Below are positions 27,762 to 36,900 of a stretch of DNA of 64,000 nt, piece after piece. Below the pieces are notes generated by a model, which was not told the origin of the DNA, searched no databases, and worked only from the letters and a program-made list of their open reading frames with translations. The translations under genes and the position numbers were made by a program. The stretch is from Candidatus Cloacimonadota bacterium. GTDB taxonomy: Bacteria > Cloacimonadota > Cloacimonadia > Cloacimonadales > Cloacimonadaceae. Each line of letters begins with the position of its first letter. Within the stretch, counting starts at the first letter, position 1. Location: positions 19,123-83,122 of the forward strand of contig JAQWBI010000002.1 in NCBI GenBank assembly GCA_028706475.1. Direction: 5' to 3'.

Positions 27762-28853
27762 TTACTTTAGTTTGCTGATCTTGCGGAACAGATTGCCGGA
27801 ATCCGCTTTCATCTTTAGCAGATATACTCCCGCGGGAAGTTGCTGTCCATTATCGTCACAGCCGTTCCAGTCAAGCTCCCATGTGCCTTGCTTTGAAGCA
27901 CTTTTTTGCAACGAGCGCACTTTCTGTCCGCGCAGGTTAAAAACATCCAGACTCAGGTTTTGTTCGATCTTGCTGTTACATAATATTCTTATATTGCTGC
28001 CAAAAGGATTTGGGTTCGCGCTCAGGCTGATCTGTTCTGCAACCGGTGCCTGAAGGTCTTCATTGGCACTGGAAACCTGAATATTCCATACTGCATCAAA
28101 GGCTATGCTGTCCGAAGAGGCTATGTTGCAGCGTAAGGTATGATTCCCGCTCTCAAATGTGCGTTCGATCATAAAGGTATCGTCCGGTAGGAGTTCGTCG
28201 TTCAAAAACCAAGTGTAGCTGACAGTTGCTTCGTGTGTATAAGCTTGAGTGATGAACATTTGAGTTGTGTTTGTATCCAGTAATACCGGTTCATCCAAAA
28301 CCGGAAAGAAATCCAGTAGATGCAGATCCAACATACGTAGTATAAAAATGTTTACCGGAGTAATGGGACGATTCGAAGAATTAGTGGGTACCGATCCAAT
28401 AGCCATAACGTTTTCCAGACCTTCGATTATTCTCCCAAACACAGCGTATCCGCCGTCCAGATGCGGCTGAGGTGCCAAAGTTATGTAATATTGGCTACCT
28501 GCACTATTTGGTTCAGTGGTACGAGCCATCGCCAACACTCCGGCGCTATCGTGCAAAAGATCCGGGTGAAACTCATCCTGAATGTTGTAACCAGGACCAC
28601 CGGTTCCGGTTCCATTGGGGCAACCGTCCTGGATCATGAAGCCTTCTATCACCCGATGGAAGATGAGATTATTGTAGAAACCATCATTGGCCAGATCGCG
28701 AAAGTTCAAAGCGGTGATGGGAACCAGCTCATCGTACAATTCCGCTGTGAAACTCCCCATCGAAGTGTGCCAGCGGGCAAAAATACGTGCTTGTGCCAAT
28801 ATCGGCATCAGTAAAATGGCTAAAACGCAAACCAATCTAATAGTCTTGTTCAT
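27762..28853 (-). CDS. secreted cyclophilin-type peptidyl-prolyl isomerase with a T9SS-type (Por_Secre_tail/FlgD-Ig-like) C-terminal domain
   Basis: Start moved to the ATG at 28851-28853 (MNKTIRLVCVLAILLMPILAQA signal peptide, GGAG RBS). Cyclophilin core: FHRVIEGFMIQDGCP, SAGSQYYIT. The C-terminal roughly 80 aa (NPNPF...LDVFNLRGQKV...GVYLLKM) match the CTD of the M1 peptidase at 52040. Confidence 0.85.
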   Translation of the reverse strand: MNKTIRLVCVLAILLMPILAQARIFARWHTSMGSFTAELYDELVPITALNFRDLANDGFYNNLIFHRVIEGFMIQDGCPNGTGTGGPGYNIQDEFHPDLLHDSAGVLAMARTTEPNSAGSQYYITLAPQPHLDGGYAVFGRIIEGLENVMAIGSVPTNSSNRPITPVNIFILRMLDLHLLDFFPVLDEPVLLDTNTTQMFITQAYTHEATVSYTWFLNDELLPDDTFMIERTFESGNHTLRCNIASSDSIAFDAVWNIQVSSANEDLQAPVAEQISLSANPNPFGSNIRILCNSKIEQNLSLDVFNLRGQKVRSLQKSASKQGTWELDWNGCDDNGQQLPAGVYLLKMKADSGNLFRKISKLK

Positions 28854-28949
28854 AATATGTCTCCATGTTGTCTGGTTTATTGGCATCTTTTTACAGAAAA
28901 CAACAAAGAACAAATTCAGTCAATCCTTTTTTTGGGGGCTGCTATTCTA

Positions 28950-29204
28950 GTGATTCAGAGAGGGATTTACTACAAGTACTGTGGCCAAAAGTTTTGGGAG
29001 TTTATCTCAGGAGATAGTAATCTATACTTGGACATTATCGAACCACTAGCCCAAGATGCCAAGTCAAGGTCTATCTCCTACCAAACGAAGCATGCAAACA
29101 CATTGAATAAGCTAACGAAAGACTTTATCAACACCTTTTGTGACGAAGAAGGTAGGATAGACTGGGAGACACTTGTTCGGACAAATTCGTCATACGAGAA
29201 ATAG
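28950..29204 (+). pseudogene. possible orphan C-terminal fragment of a larger gene (restriction-endonuclease-like tail?)
   Basis: The ORF 28857-29204 has an N-terminal part that overlaps the PPIase start and promoter and looks non-genic. The C-terminal part, YCGQKFWEFISGDSNLYLDIIE...IDWETLVRTNS, resembles from memory the tail of some type II restriction enzymes. No RBS or start in a sensible position. Confidence 0.25.
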
Positions 29205-29228
29205 ATCATCCTACGGATCGATATTGCT

Positions 29229-30551
29229 TCAACTTCTTACATTACTATTGAGCATCTTCCGAAGAGTATCGAGAGATCGTTGACTCATCATTTCCCGCTT
29301 CAGCTTTTTATCCCGAATACCGTTTGTAAGGGCGGGAAGGATTCCAAAGTTCGCATTTACAGGCGAGAAATTACCCTTTTCTGGAATGGTGATTAGTCGT
29401 CTCCAGAGCTGACCCATGATGCTCTCTTCCGGCAGCATGGCGAGCTGATCAGCAATGATTCTGGTAGTCCATAAACCTGAGGCAATGCACTCCACATAGC
29501 CTTCCACTCCGCTTAGTTGCCCTGCAATCCATACATCTGGTCGCGCTTTCAAGCTGAGATCGGGATTCAGTATCTTAGGCGAATTCAGATAGGAATTGCG
29601 GTGAATGGAGCCATAGCGCAGGAAGGACGCATGTTGCAAACCCGGGATCAACCTGAAAATGCGCTTCTGTTCCGGGTAGCGCAGCATGGTTTGACATCCC
29701 ACCAGATTGTAGGCTGTGAAGTCCTTGTTCTCTGCTCTTAGCTGCAATACAGCGTAGGCTTTATCTCCTGTGGCGGGATCTTCCAGACCCATGGGACGCA
29801 TCACACCATGACGCAGTGTGTCCTTCCCTCTTCGGGCAAGCTCTTCGATTGGCATGCAGTTCTCATAGAAGCTGAATTTTTCGCCATTGAAGAATTCGTT
29901 TTCAAATTCATGAGCTTCGTGTTTTTCAGCAGCCAAAAGAGCGTTTACAAAATCCAGGTATTGTTCTTTGTTAAAAGCGCAATTCAGATAGTCGGCTTCC
30001 CCTTTGTCATAGCGAGCTTTGGCATATACTGTGTCCATATCGATGGAATCAGCATCAATGATTGGGGCAATGGCATCGAAGAAGAAGAGCTGATCTTCTC
30101 CAAGAAGGCTTTGCAGATGGCGCATCATAGCGTTTGATGTAAGCGGTCCTGTTGCCACAATTACCTTGCCGGAGGGAAGCTCGGTTGCTTCCTCACGGAT
30201 AATATGGATATTGGGTTCGCTTTCAATGCGCCTTGTAACGTTTTGAGCAAAGAGTTCGCGATCTACAGCAAGGGCGTGTCCGGCGGGGACCTTGGATTGC
30301 TTTGCAATCTCAAGCAGGATGGATCCCATCAGGTGTAATTCCTCTTTCAGGAGACCGGCTCCGGTGTCCAATCGCACGGATTTCAGGCTGTTGCTGCATA
30401 CCAATTCGGCAAACAAATCTCCGGTATGGGCTTCCGTTCTCTGCTTGGGACGCATTTCAATCAGGCGTACATCAAAGCCACTGGCCGCCAGTTGTAATGC
30501 GGCTTCCGAGCCTGCCAAACCAGCTCCGATGATGCTAATGGATTGACTCAC
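29229..30551 (-). CDS. trmFO: methylenetetrahydrofolate--tRNA-(uracil54-C5)-methyltransferase TrmFO
   Basis: 440 aa. IIGAGLAGSEAA FAD motif, ELVCSNS, and colinear with the TrmFO/Gid family. Confidence 0.9.
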   Translation of the reverse strand: MSQSISIIGAGLAGSEAALQLAASGFDVRLIEMRPKQRTEAHTGDLFAELVCSNSLKSVRLDTGAGLLKEELHLMGSILLEIAKQSKVPAGHALAVDRELFAQNVTRRIESEPNIHIIREEATELPSGKVIVATGPLTSNAMMRHLQSLLGEDQLFFFDAIAPIIDADSIDMDTVYAKARYDKGEADYLNCAFNKEQYLDFVNALLAAEKHEAHEFENEFFNGEKFSFYENCMPIEELARRGKDTLRHGVMRPMGLEDPATGDKAYAVLQLRAENKDFTAYNLVGCQTMLRYPEQKRIFRLIPGLQHASFLRYGSIHRNSYLNSPKILNPDLSLKARPDVWIAGQLSGVEGYVECIASGLWTTRIIADQLAMLPEESIMGQLWRRLITIPEKGNFSPVNANFGILPALTNGIRDKKLKREMMSQRSLDTLRKMLNSNVRS

Positions 30552-30967
30552 AGTTCCCGTTTGATCATTGTGATGTAGCCGTCCAGATCCTTGAAGCCCA
30601 TTTCCGAATACAGATGCCGTGCTGCTGGATTGTCCCGGTGAACTTCAAGTTTGGCTTGATATCCCGTTGCTTTTGCAATATCGAGAGCTTCACGCAATAG
30701 CTTCTTCCCAATGCCTTGGTTCTGCCTGGAGGGGCTTACTGCCATGTGATGAATGTAGAGTCTGCGAAAATCGTGGTTTATCCACATAGCGCCCACAATT
30801 TCACTAGCTTCTTCTGCACAGATGATGGTTCCAGTGTTTTGCAGAGAATGCTCTATGGCCTCGTAGCTATCGGCACGGGCGGGATTGGTGATACCCGTAT
30901 CCTGCCAAAGACGGATTATCTTGCTATAGATATCTTCGGATAAGCTCTTGTAGTGCTTGATTATCAT
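30548..30967 (-). CDS. GNAT-family N-acetyltransferase
   Basis: 139 aa. Acetyl-CoA motif A: QNQGIGKKLL. Confidence 0.8.
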   Translation of the reverse strand: MIIKHYKSLSEDIYSKIIRLWQDTGITNPARADSYEAIEHSLQNTGTIICAEEASEIVGAMWINHDFRRLYIHHMAVSPSRQNQGIGKKLLREALDIAKATGYQAKLEVHRDNPAARHLYSEMGFKDLDGYITMIKREL

Positions 30968-30972
30968 ATAAC

Positions 30973-31887
30973 TTAATGCCTCATAAAGATATCGGGATCC
31001 CTGGTGAAGCGATAGACGCTGTCGTATACTAACTCATAGAGTATCTTCGGCTCATCATCGATCATCATGAAATATTGCTTCTTGGGGCTTTCAGCGATGC
31101 TTAGCTTCTTGGTTTTGCCCTGCACATCGGTAATCCAGACTGTACAATAGGGGATTTCGAATAGCTGTATCAGTTCTGGCTCATCATCGCTTTCAAACAC
31201 ATAAGATTGGAAGTTTTGTAAGATACTTAATATCTTGTTGAGGGCAAAATTGTAGGGAACTACCTCAAACTCGTTTTCAGCGTCCTTGTAAGTCCATTTT
31301 CTCTCATCACGGCGGAGTGTAAATTCGTTCTTCCTATGTTTACTGCGGATCTCACGGATCTCATGCTCCCAATAATGGACAGCTTGAGGATCGCGCCAGT
31401 TCGTGACATTGGGCGCAAAGCGTCTCACGATGTTGCTTGGAGTCTGATACACCAAAGTATCTCCCGCGACCCGGAAGTAATCCCAGGAATTGCCGTTGTT
31501 GCCAAAGATCAGGTGTTCCCTTTTTTCCCCAGCGTACAGGCGCACATGAGTGCCTGTGTCATCATCCAGTTCATAACGTTCCAGAGCTGTTTTTGCAGAG
31601 CTTAAAGATGTGGTCGAGAAAGTGCCTTGAACCACCTCACGGAAGAAATTGTTCACCATTAAAGTGTCTGCAGGCCACAGAAAGGGCTTGGCCACCTTCC
31701 AGATGCCGTCATCGAGGATCAATTCCACCCTTTCTTCGGAATTCCATATCTCTATCCTGTTGATCTCTTCTGCAGCCAAGTTCACCAAGTCATCCTGACG
31801 TTGGACGGGCTTTTTGCTCCTTAGTATAAAATATGCGGTGATAAGTATCACGAGTAATATCAGGAGGATATATCTAGACTTTTTCAT
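30973..31887 (-). CDS. DUF4340-like membrane-anchored protein (accessory to the GldG-type ABC system)
   Basis: 304 aa with an N-terminal TM anchor. Its position immediately after a GldG-like gene is the usual context for DUF4340. Confidence 0.55.
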   Translation of the reverse strand: MKKSRYILLILLVILITAYFILRSKKPVQRQDDLVNLAAEEINRIEIWNSEERVELILDDGIWKVAKPFLWPADTLMVNNFFREVVQGTFSTTSLSSAKTALERYELDDDTGTHVRLYAGEKREHLIFGNNGNSWDYFRVAGDTLVYQTPSNIVRRFAPNVTNWRDPQAVHYWEHEIREIRSKHRKNEFTLRRDERKWTYKDAENEFEVVPYNFALNKILSILQNFQSYVFESDDEPELIQLFEIPYCTVWITDVQGKTKKLSIAESPKKQYFMMIDDEPKILYELVYDSVYRFTRDPDIFMRH

Positions 31888-33442
31888 TTAAATGCCTCAA
31901 TCTAAGCTTACGCCTGAGAGCCATCCACAATCCAGCCAGAATCAGGATCAGGGGAGCGAGTGCGATGGAGATAACTTTGCAAATCAGCTTGATAGTATAA
32001 ACTGTCTTGTTCTGGTCTCCCCATACAATGCCGCGATCCTTTATAAAACTGTATATGTTTATCACAGATTTATTCAGGTGACGGTTGCGAATCCTGATCA
32101 TGGATTCTCTTCCGCAGAAGTAATCCAAAGAGTTGTAGATCACATTTGCTCGATCCCGAAAAATCGGGTTGTCCGGGTTTATCACCAACTCCTTGTCCGC
32201 AAAAAGGATCAGTTTCCCTTGTTTAGACTCGCTAGTGAAATCAGGGTCATGCCTTGCCAGATCGGAATCCCTGAACCAGCTGTCCATCTTCCCGGTAGCA
32301 AGTGCAGCAGTAACAATGGGGCCAGCAGAAAAGTCTTCCAATTCCGGATTGTAAAAGAGTTCTTGGCTCAACTGAAATTCAGGGGATATCATCCAACCGG
32401 AATTCTCTGAGCTGCGCAGGATGACTTCATATTTTAAATCTGCTTTTTCCAGAGCAGTGATGCCGCTTGCGAGATACAGGACAATGTCCTCCATGTCCTT
32501 TGAGATGGGATGATCGCTGCCGTTCATGACGGGGTACATAGGGTAACTGGCCATTCTGCCTATCCCCATCTGCCGCTTGTCGCAATTCATGTCCAACACT
32601 ACGTCGTCGGTAAGCTGGAAACCATAGTGTTCCAACATCTTGATTACGTTGTTTTGTATGTTATTCAAGTAACTGCCATCGGTATCCACGTTGTCTTGCA
32701 GGAAAATTACGCTTCCACCCTTCATAAGGTATTGATCCAGATTGTATAGCCAAAGGTCGGGCAGATTGCGGCTGCTGCCGGTAAAGAGCAGAGCGTCAAC
32801 ATTTTGAACTGGTCTGGATAAATCGGCGTCAACGACAGTGAAATTACTGCGCAGTCCTCGTTCGAATATACTAGTATCGAAGTGGTAGTATGTGGTATCC
32901 CGGAAAACTGCTACGATGGGCAGGTCTTTGGATACCAAGCTCTGAATGCGCATGGTCATCTCATATTCCAGTCTGGGTTCGATCCTGGGACTGAGGTTCA
33001 AGGATTCCACACGACCCTGATACTCGAATATCAGGCCGAAGATTACCTCTTTGGCGGTTACCTGATCGTTCTCGTATATGCGGAATTTCATTGGTCCCAG
33101 TCCACTGCCATAAGCCATACCCAGCAATTCCTCGTGGCTGGCAGTTTGAATGTGTTCAAAGCGGAATTTATTGCCGCCTGCGCTTTGATATTCTGCCAGC
33201 AAGTCCTTTGTGTAGCGCTCCAGAGAGATCAAATCTGCAGGTAACTCATTGGATGAGAGGATCTTTACCAGCAATACATCGTCCAAGTTGCGTACCAGGT
33301 CTTTGCTGATCTTACTGAGGCTGAAAGCCCTTTCTCGGGATAGATCCAGACGGAATGTGACGAGAGAACTGATTAAAAGTAGAGCTATGACGATGCCGAT
33401 GCGGATGCCGTGGGAACTGATAATGCTATATTTAGTTCGCAT
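31874..33442 (-). CDS. GldG-like ABC-transporter auxiliary protein
   Basis: 522 aa with N- and C-terminal TM anchors flanking a large external domain. Follows ABC ATPase and ABC-2 permease genes. Confidence 0.7.
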   Translation of the reverse strand: MRTKYSIISSHGIRIGIVIALLLISSLVTFRLDLSRERAFSLSKISKDLVRNLDDVLLVKILSSNELPADLISLERYTKDLLAEYQSAGGNKFRFEHIQTASHEELLGMAYGSGLGPMKFRIYENDQVTAKEVIFGLIFEYQGRVESLNLSPRIEPRLEYEMTMRIQSLVSKDLPIVAVFRDTTYYHFDTSIFERGLRSNFTVVDADLSRPVQNVDALLFTGSSRNLPDLWLYNLDQYLMKGGSVIFLQDNVDTDGSYLNNIQNNVIKMLEHYGFQLTDDVVLDMNCDKRQMGIGRMASYPMYPVMNGSDHPISKDMEDIVLYLASGITALEKADLKYEVILRSSENSGWMISPEFQLSQELFYNPELEDFSAGPIVTAALATGKMDSWFRDSDLARHDPDFTSESKQGKLILFADKELVINPDNPIFRDRANVIYNSLDYFCGRESMIRIRNRHLNKSVINIYSFIKDRGIVWGDQNKTVYTIKLICKVISIALAPLILILAGLWMALRRKLRLRHLNEKV

Positions 33443-34165
33443 CTACCGCTCCTGCATCATGTTTCTGGATTGGAGGTTGAACTCTGCTAAGGTGGCAAAA
33501 ATGACGATTACGGCGATAAAGAAGAGTAGATCACGCAGATCCAACACACCCCTCATAAATCCGGAGAGGTGATACTCAAAAGAGAAATACTGCAGGTATC
33601 TAACCAGAGAGAGAGGTACAAGCGCCAAAAGATAGCGGATCACATAGAAGAATCCGCTTATCAAAAAAGCGATTACAAAGGCCAAAACCTGGTTTGAGGG
33701 CAAGCTGCTGGCAAAAACACCGATACTGATGAAAGCCGTTCCTGCCAGGAGTAAGCCGAAAAAGCCCAGGATGATGGCATTGTAGTCGATGTTTTGCCCC
33801 AATACCCCAATAATCGCAAAGGGGATTATGTTGAAGATGAGCATGGTGAAGACTTGCATAAATGCAGAGAGGATCTTGCCCCAAATCACATGGCTGAGTC
33901 GAATAGGTAAGGTGCTCAAAAGCTCTATTGTCCCGCTGCTGCGCTCTCTGGCGATACTGCCCATGGTGATGGCGGGGATAAAAAACACAAAGAGGATATG
34001 CTGAAAGCTGTACAACCCCCTCATTTCTGCCAAACCCACTTTGAAGACAGTAGTGGCAAAGAAACTACCGCTGATCACCAGAAACAGCACAGACACTATG
34101 TAGGACGTTATCGAACGCATTGCTAATTGATACTCTTTGCGGGCTATGGTCCAAATCGCGCTCAT
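33443..34165 (-). CDS. ABC-2 type transporter permease (GldF-like)
   Basis: 240 aa, 6 TM helices, coupled to the upstream ATPase. Confidence 0.75.
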   Translation of the reverse strand: MSAIWTIARKEYQLAMRSITSYIVSVLFLVISGSFFATTVFKVGLAEMRGLYSFQHILFVFFIPAITMGSIARERSSGTIELLSTLPIRLSHVIWGKILSAFMQVFTMLIFNIIPFAIIGVLGQNIDYNAIILGFFGLLLAGTAFISIGVFASSLPSNQVLAFVIAFLISGFFYVIRYLLALVPLSLVRYLQYFSFEYHLSGFMRGVLDLRDLLFFIAVIVIFATLAEFNLQSRNMMQER

Positions 34166-35178
34166 TGGTCTTCTCCTTCAGGAGTCTCCGTTTTAGGTTC
34201 GGTAAGGCTGGGATCCTGTACTAGCTCAGAATCGGACTTGTGAGGTAAAGCCCCCGTTTTGGTGAGGTTGAAGAATATCTCTTCCAAACTGATTTGCTTG
34301 GTATATAGGTTTTCGATCAACCAGCCATTATCGCTCACATAGCGGGAAAGATCGTGCTTGACGGAGCTGTCTGACGGGCACTTCAAAATAAGCTTGCAGA
34401 TTTGGTCGTGGCTTTCCAAAGAGATCACTTCCAGTTCCGGATGAAAGTCCAAAAAGTCCTGCAGGTCGATGTTCTCTCCTTGAATCTCCAGATGCAGTTC
34501 CAGATAGTCGTCGAAGTAGCGGCTCACGTTGTCGATATCATCGTCAACTATGATCTTGCCGTTGTTTATGATCAAGACTCTGTCGCACAGTGCTTGTACT
34601 TCTTGCATGATGTGTGATGATAGAATTACAGTCTTTTCCACGCCCAGTTTACGGATCAAATCTCGTATTTCGATGATTTGGTTTGGATCCAATCCACTGG
34701 TGGGCTCGTCCAGGATAAGGATTTCAGGATCGTGTAATATGGCAAGGGCCAGTCCCACTCTTTGCCGGAAGCCCTTGGAAAGGGTGCCGATCTTCTGGTA
34801 GAGGACCCGGTTGATTCCGCAATTCGAGATCACGTATTCACTGCGTTCCTGAAACCTGGAGGGTGACATCTTGCGCAGATCCGCAATGTATTGTAGCAAT
34901 TCCATTACCAGCATGTCTTCATAAAGAGGGTTCTGCTCCGGCAGATAACCGATCTTGGCGCTGGTCTCGATGGGATCGTCATAGATGGATTTTCCGTCTA
35001 TGGATATACTTCCGCTATCCGGTTTCAGGTAGCTTACCATCATGCGGAGAGTAGTGGTCTTTCCCGCGCCATTGGGGCCCAGAAAGCCTGTGATGCTGCC
35101 GTTGTGGACGCTGAAGTTGATGTCATCCACGGCGCGTAAGGTGCCGAAAGATCGGCTTAGCTTCTTTATCTCGATCAT
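34162..35178 (-). CDS. ABC transporter ATP-binding protein (GldA-like)
   Basis: GPNGAGKTT Walker A, LSKGFRQRVGLA signature and ILILDEPTSGLD Walker B. Confidence 0.9.
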   Translation of the reverse strand: MIEIKKLSRSFGTLRAVDDINFSVHNGSITGFLGPNGAGKTTTLRMMVSYLKPDSGSISIDGKSIYDDPIETSAKIGYLPEQNPLYEDMLVMELLQYIADLRKMSPSRFQERSEYVISNCGINRVLYQKIGTLSKGFRQRVGLALAILHDPEILILDEPTSGLDPNQIIEIRDLIRKLGVEKTVILSSHIMQEVQALCDRVLIINNGKIIVDDDIDNVSRYFDDYLELHLEIQGENIDLQDFLDFHPELEVISLESHDQICKLILKCPSDSSVKHDLSRYVSDNGWLIENLYTKQISLEEIFFNLTKTGALPHKSDSELVQDPSLTEPKTETPEGEDQ

Positions 35179-35199
35179 GTAATACTGTGTCTCCGGTGC

Positions 35200-36348
35200 T
35201 TAGAAACTGGGAATCATGGAGGCACTTACAGGCTCTGACAGCAGAATTACGTCGTTCTCCTTCAAGCCTGAAATTACCTCTACCATCTGAAAGTCATTGG
35301 CTCCTAAAGTGACAACTGCGTTTTTTGGCTGAGTACTCTTTGCCTTGTCCGGGTTGCTTTCTCCGGGTGTTTCTTTCAGATACACGATGTCCTGATTCTT
35401 ATCATCTGCAAAAACTGCTCCAATTGGGATGATAAGTACATTCTCGCGTGATTCGCCTTCAATGCTGATCTCAGCAGTCATTCCCGGCATCACTTTATCA
35501 CCGCGGGCATTGATACTTATCTCCACGGGGAAAACCTTGGCGCTGTTGATCGTTACGGCTTTGGGTGAGATCTTGATGATCTTGCCCTCAAATTCTTCAT
35601 AGGGCAGGGCATCGAGCTTGATCCGTCCATTTTGTCCTACCTTGAACTTCACGATGTCAACTTCGTTGATATTTGAACTTACAATCATGTGATTCAGATC
35701 TGCAATTTGCATGATGACAGTGCCTTCACTATAGGCATTCAAGCTGGAGCTAACCATCTCGCCTTCATTAACCTTGCGCTCTATCACAGTGCCAGAAGTA
35801 GTGGCATACATATGGATAACGGTTCCGGGAACGTCCAAATCCCGAATCATGTCGTACTGACGGCTGGCCTGAGCATACTGTATTTCCGCTTCCTGCAGGG
35901 CATCTGCCGCATTATCGTACTCTTCCTGAGAGATATATTCCATCTCTTTCAAGCGGGTTTTGTCGGCAAAATCCTTGCGGGCTTGTTCCAGACTCAGTTC
36001 GGCACGCTGCAAAGCGGCTTTGGTGTTGAAAAGAGTATTTGCCTGATTGTAATCCGGTTCGATATCTGCAATAATGTCTCCCATTTTCACAGTATCGTTT
36101 TCATCCACGTAGAATTTGACCACTTTGCCTGAGACTCTGGATTTTTGAGATACAATGGTCTTGGGCTGGATTTCACCGGTGATTTCCGTACGGGATTCTA
36201 TGTTACCGAACTTGACAGTGTATGTGTTGGCATCGGTTGCGGCTTCCGGCCCGGACTTGATAGATTTCTTCCGGCAAGTAGTGAAGCCGATGATGGCTGC
36301 GATTATCAGTATTATGACCAGGATTACCAAGATCCGCTTTCTGCGCAT
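35200..36348 (-). CDS. HlyD/MacA-type periplasmic adaptor (membrane fusion) protein
   Basis: 382 aa. N-terminal anchor, lipoyl/barrel-sandwich motifs, a coiled-coil hairpin (aa about 100-160) and a beta-barrel C-terminus. Confidence 0.8.
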   Translation of the reverse strand: MRRKRILVILVIILIIAAIIGFTTCRKKSIKSGPEAATDANTYTVKFGNIESRTEITGEIQPKTIVSQKSRVSGKVVKFYVDENDTVKMGDIIADIEPDYNQANTLFNTKAALQRAELSLEQARKDFADKTRLKEMEYISQEEYDNAADALQEAEIQYAQASRQYDMIRDLDVPGTVIHMYATTSGTVIERKVNEGEMVSSSLNAYSEGTVIMQIADLNHMIVSSNINEVDIVKFKVGQNGRIKLDALPYEEFEGKIIKISPKAVTINSAKVFPVEISINARGDKVMPGMTAEISIEGESRENVLIIPIGAVFADDKNQDIVYLKETPGESNPDKAKSTQPKNAVVTLGANDFQMVEVISGLKENDVILLSEPVSASMIPSF

Positions 36349-36474
36349 AATTCCTCTCTTCGTTTGAACTTAGCTATAATAGTAACACGACATTTCAAGG
36401 TGCTAAAAGTGTCAATCTAAAAGCCTCTGAAACCAGTGATATTTGTTTTGTAGGGTACATTGTCGGAAGGGAAT

Positions 36475-36900
36475 CTACCATCTTTGATTGCCATAGATCA
36501 ACCACGTGCCGTTGGTGTAGAAAAAGTAGGAAAAGTATCCGCTGTCTTCCGGTTCATTGTAGGTAACCTGTTCGATACTGGATTGATAGTGATCCCGTGT
36601 ATAGGCAACCGCGTAATCTCCTTTGATTTCAATGTATAGTACTTCTATTTCCAAGAGCTGAAAGCGGTCTCGGCGCCGGTTGATCTCTTCATTCAGATGC
36701 CAGGATATCTGCCCATCATGGCGATACTCTTGGTGTACGTGATCCATGATGCCAAAGGAATTGCCAAGGTTAAAATCCATCGAAATGTCATATAAAATGT
36801 CGCGAATCTCTTTCTGGCCAAAGCTTTCTTCGTTGTCAAGATCGCAACTCTGCAAAAGAAAGCTGAGCAGGACAAGCAGTAGCCAGAGGGATTTGTTCAT
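36475..36900 (-). CDS. hypothetical lipoprotein
   Basis: Lipobox LLQSC at aa 15-19. 141 aa. 4-nt overlap with the upstream methyltransferase gene. Confidence 0.5.
   Translation of the reverse strand: MNKSLWLLLVLLSFLLQSCDLDNEESFGQKEIRDILYDISMDFNLGNSFGIMDHVHQEYRHDGQISWHLNEEINRRRDRFQLLEIEVLYIEIKGDYAVAYTRDHYQSSIEQVTYNEPEDSGYFSYFFYTNGTWLIYGNQRW

Noticed and set aside
28857-28949. The full 115-aa ORF 28857-29204 as an intact gene.
   Set aside because: Its first roughly 30 codons overlap the start, RBS and promoter of the PPIase gene on the other strand and look non-genic. Only the C-terminal part shows protein-like character, so it is listed as a low-confidence fragment.
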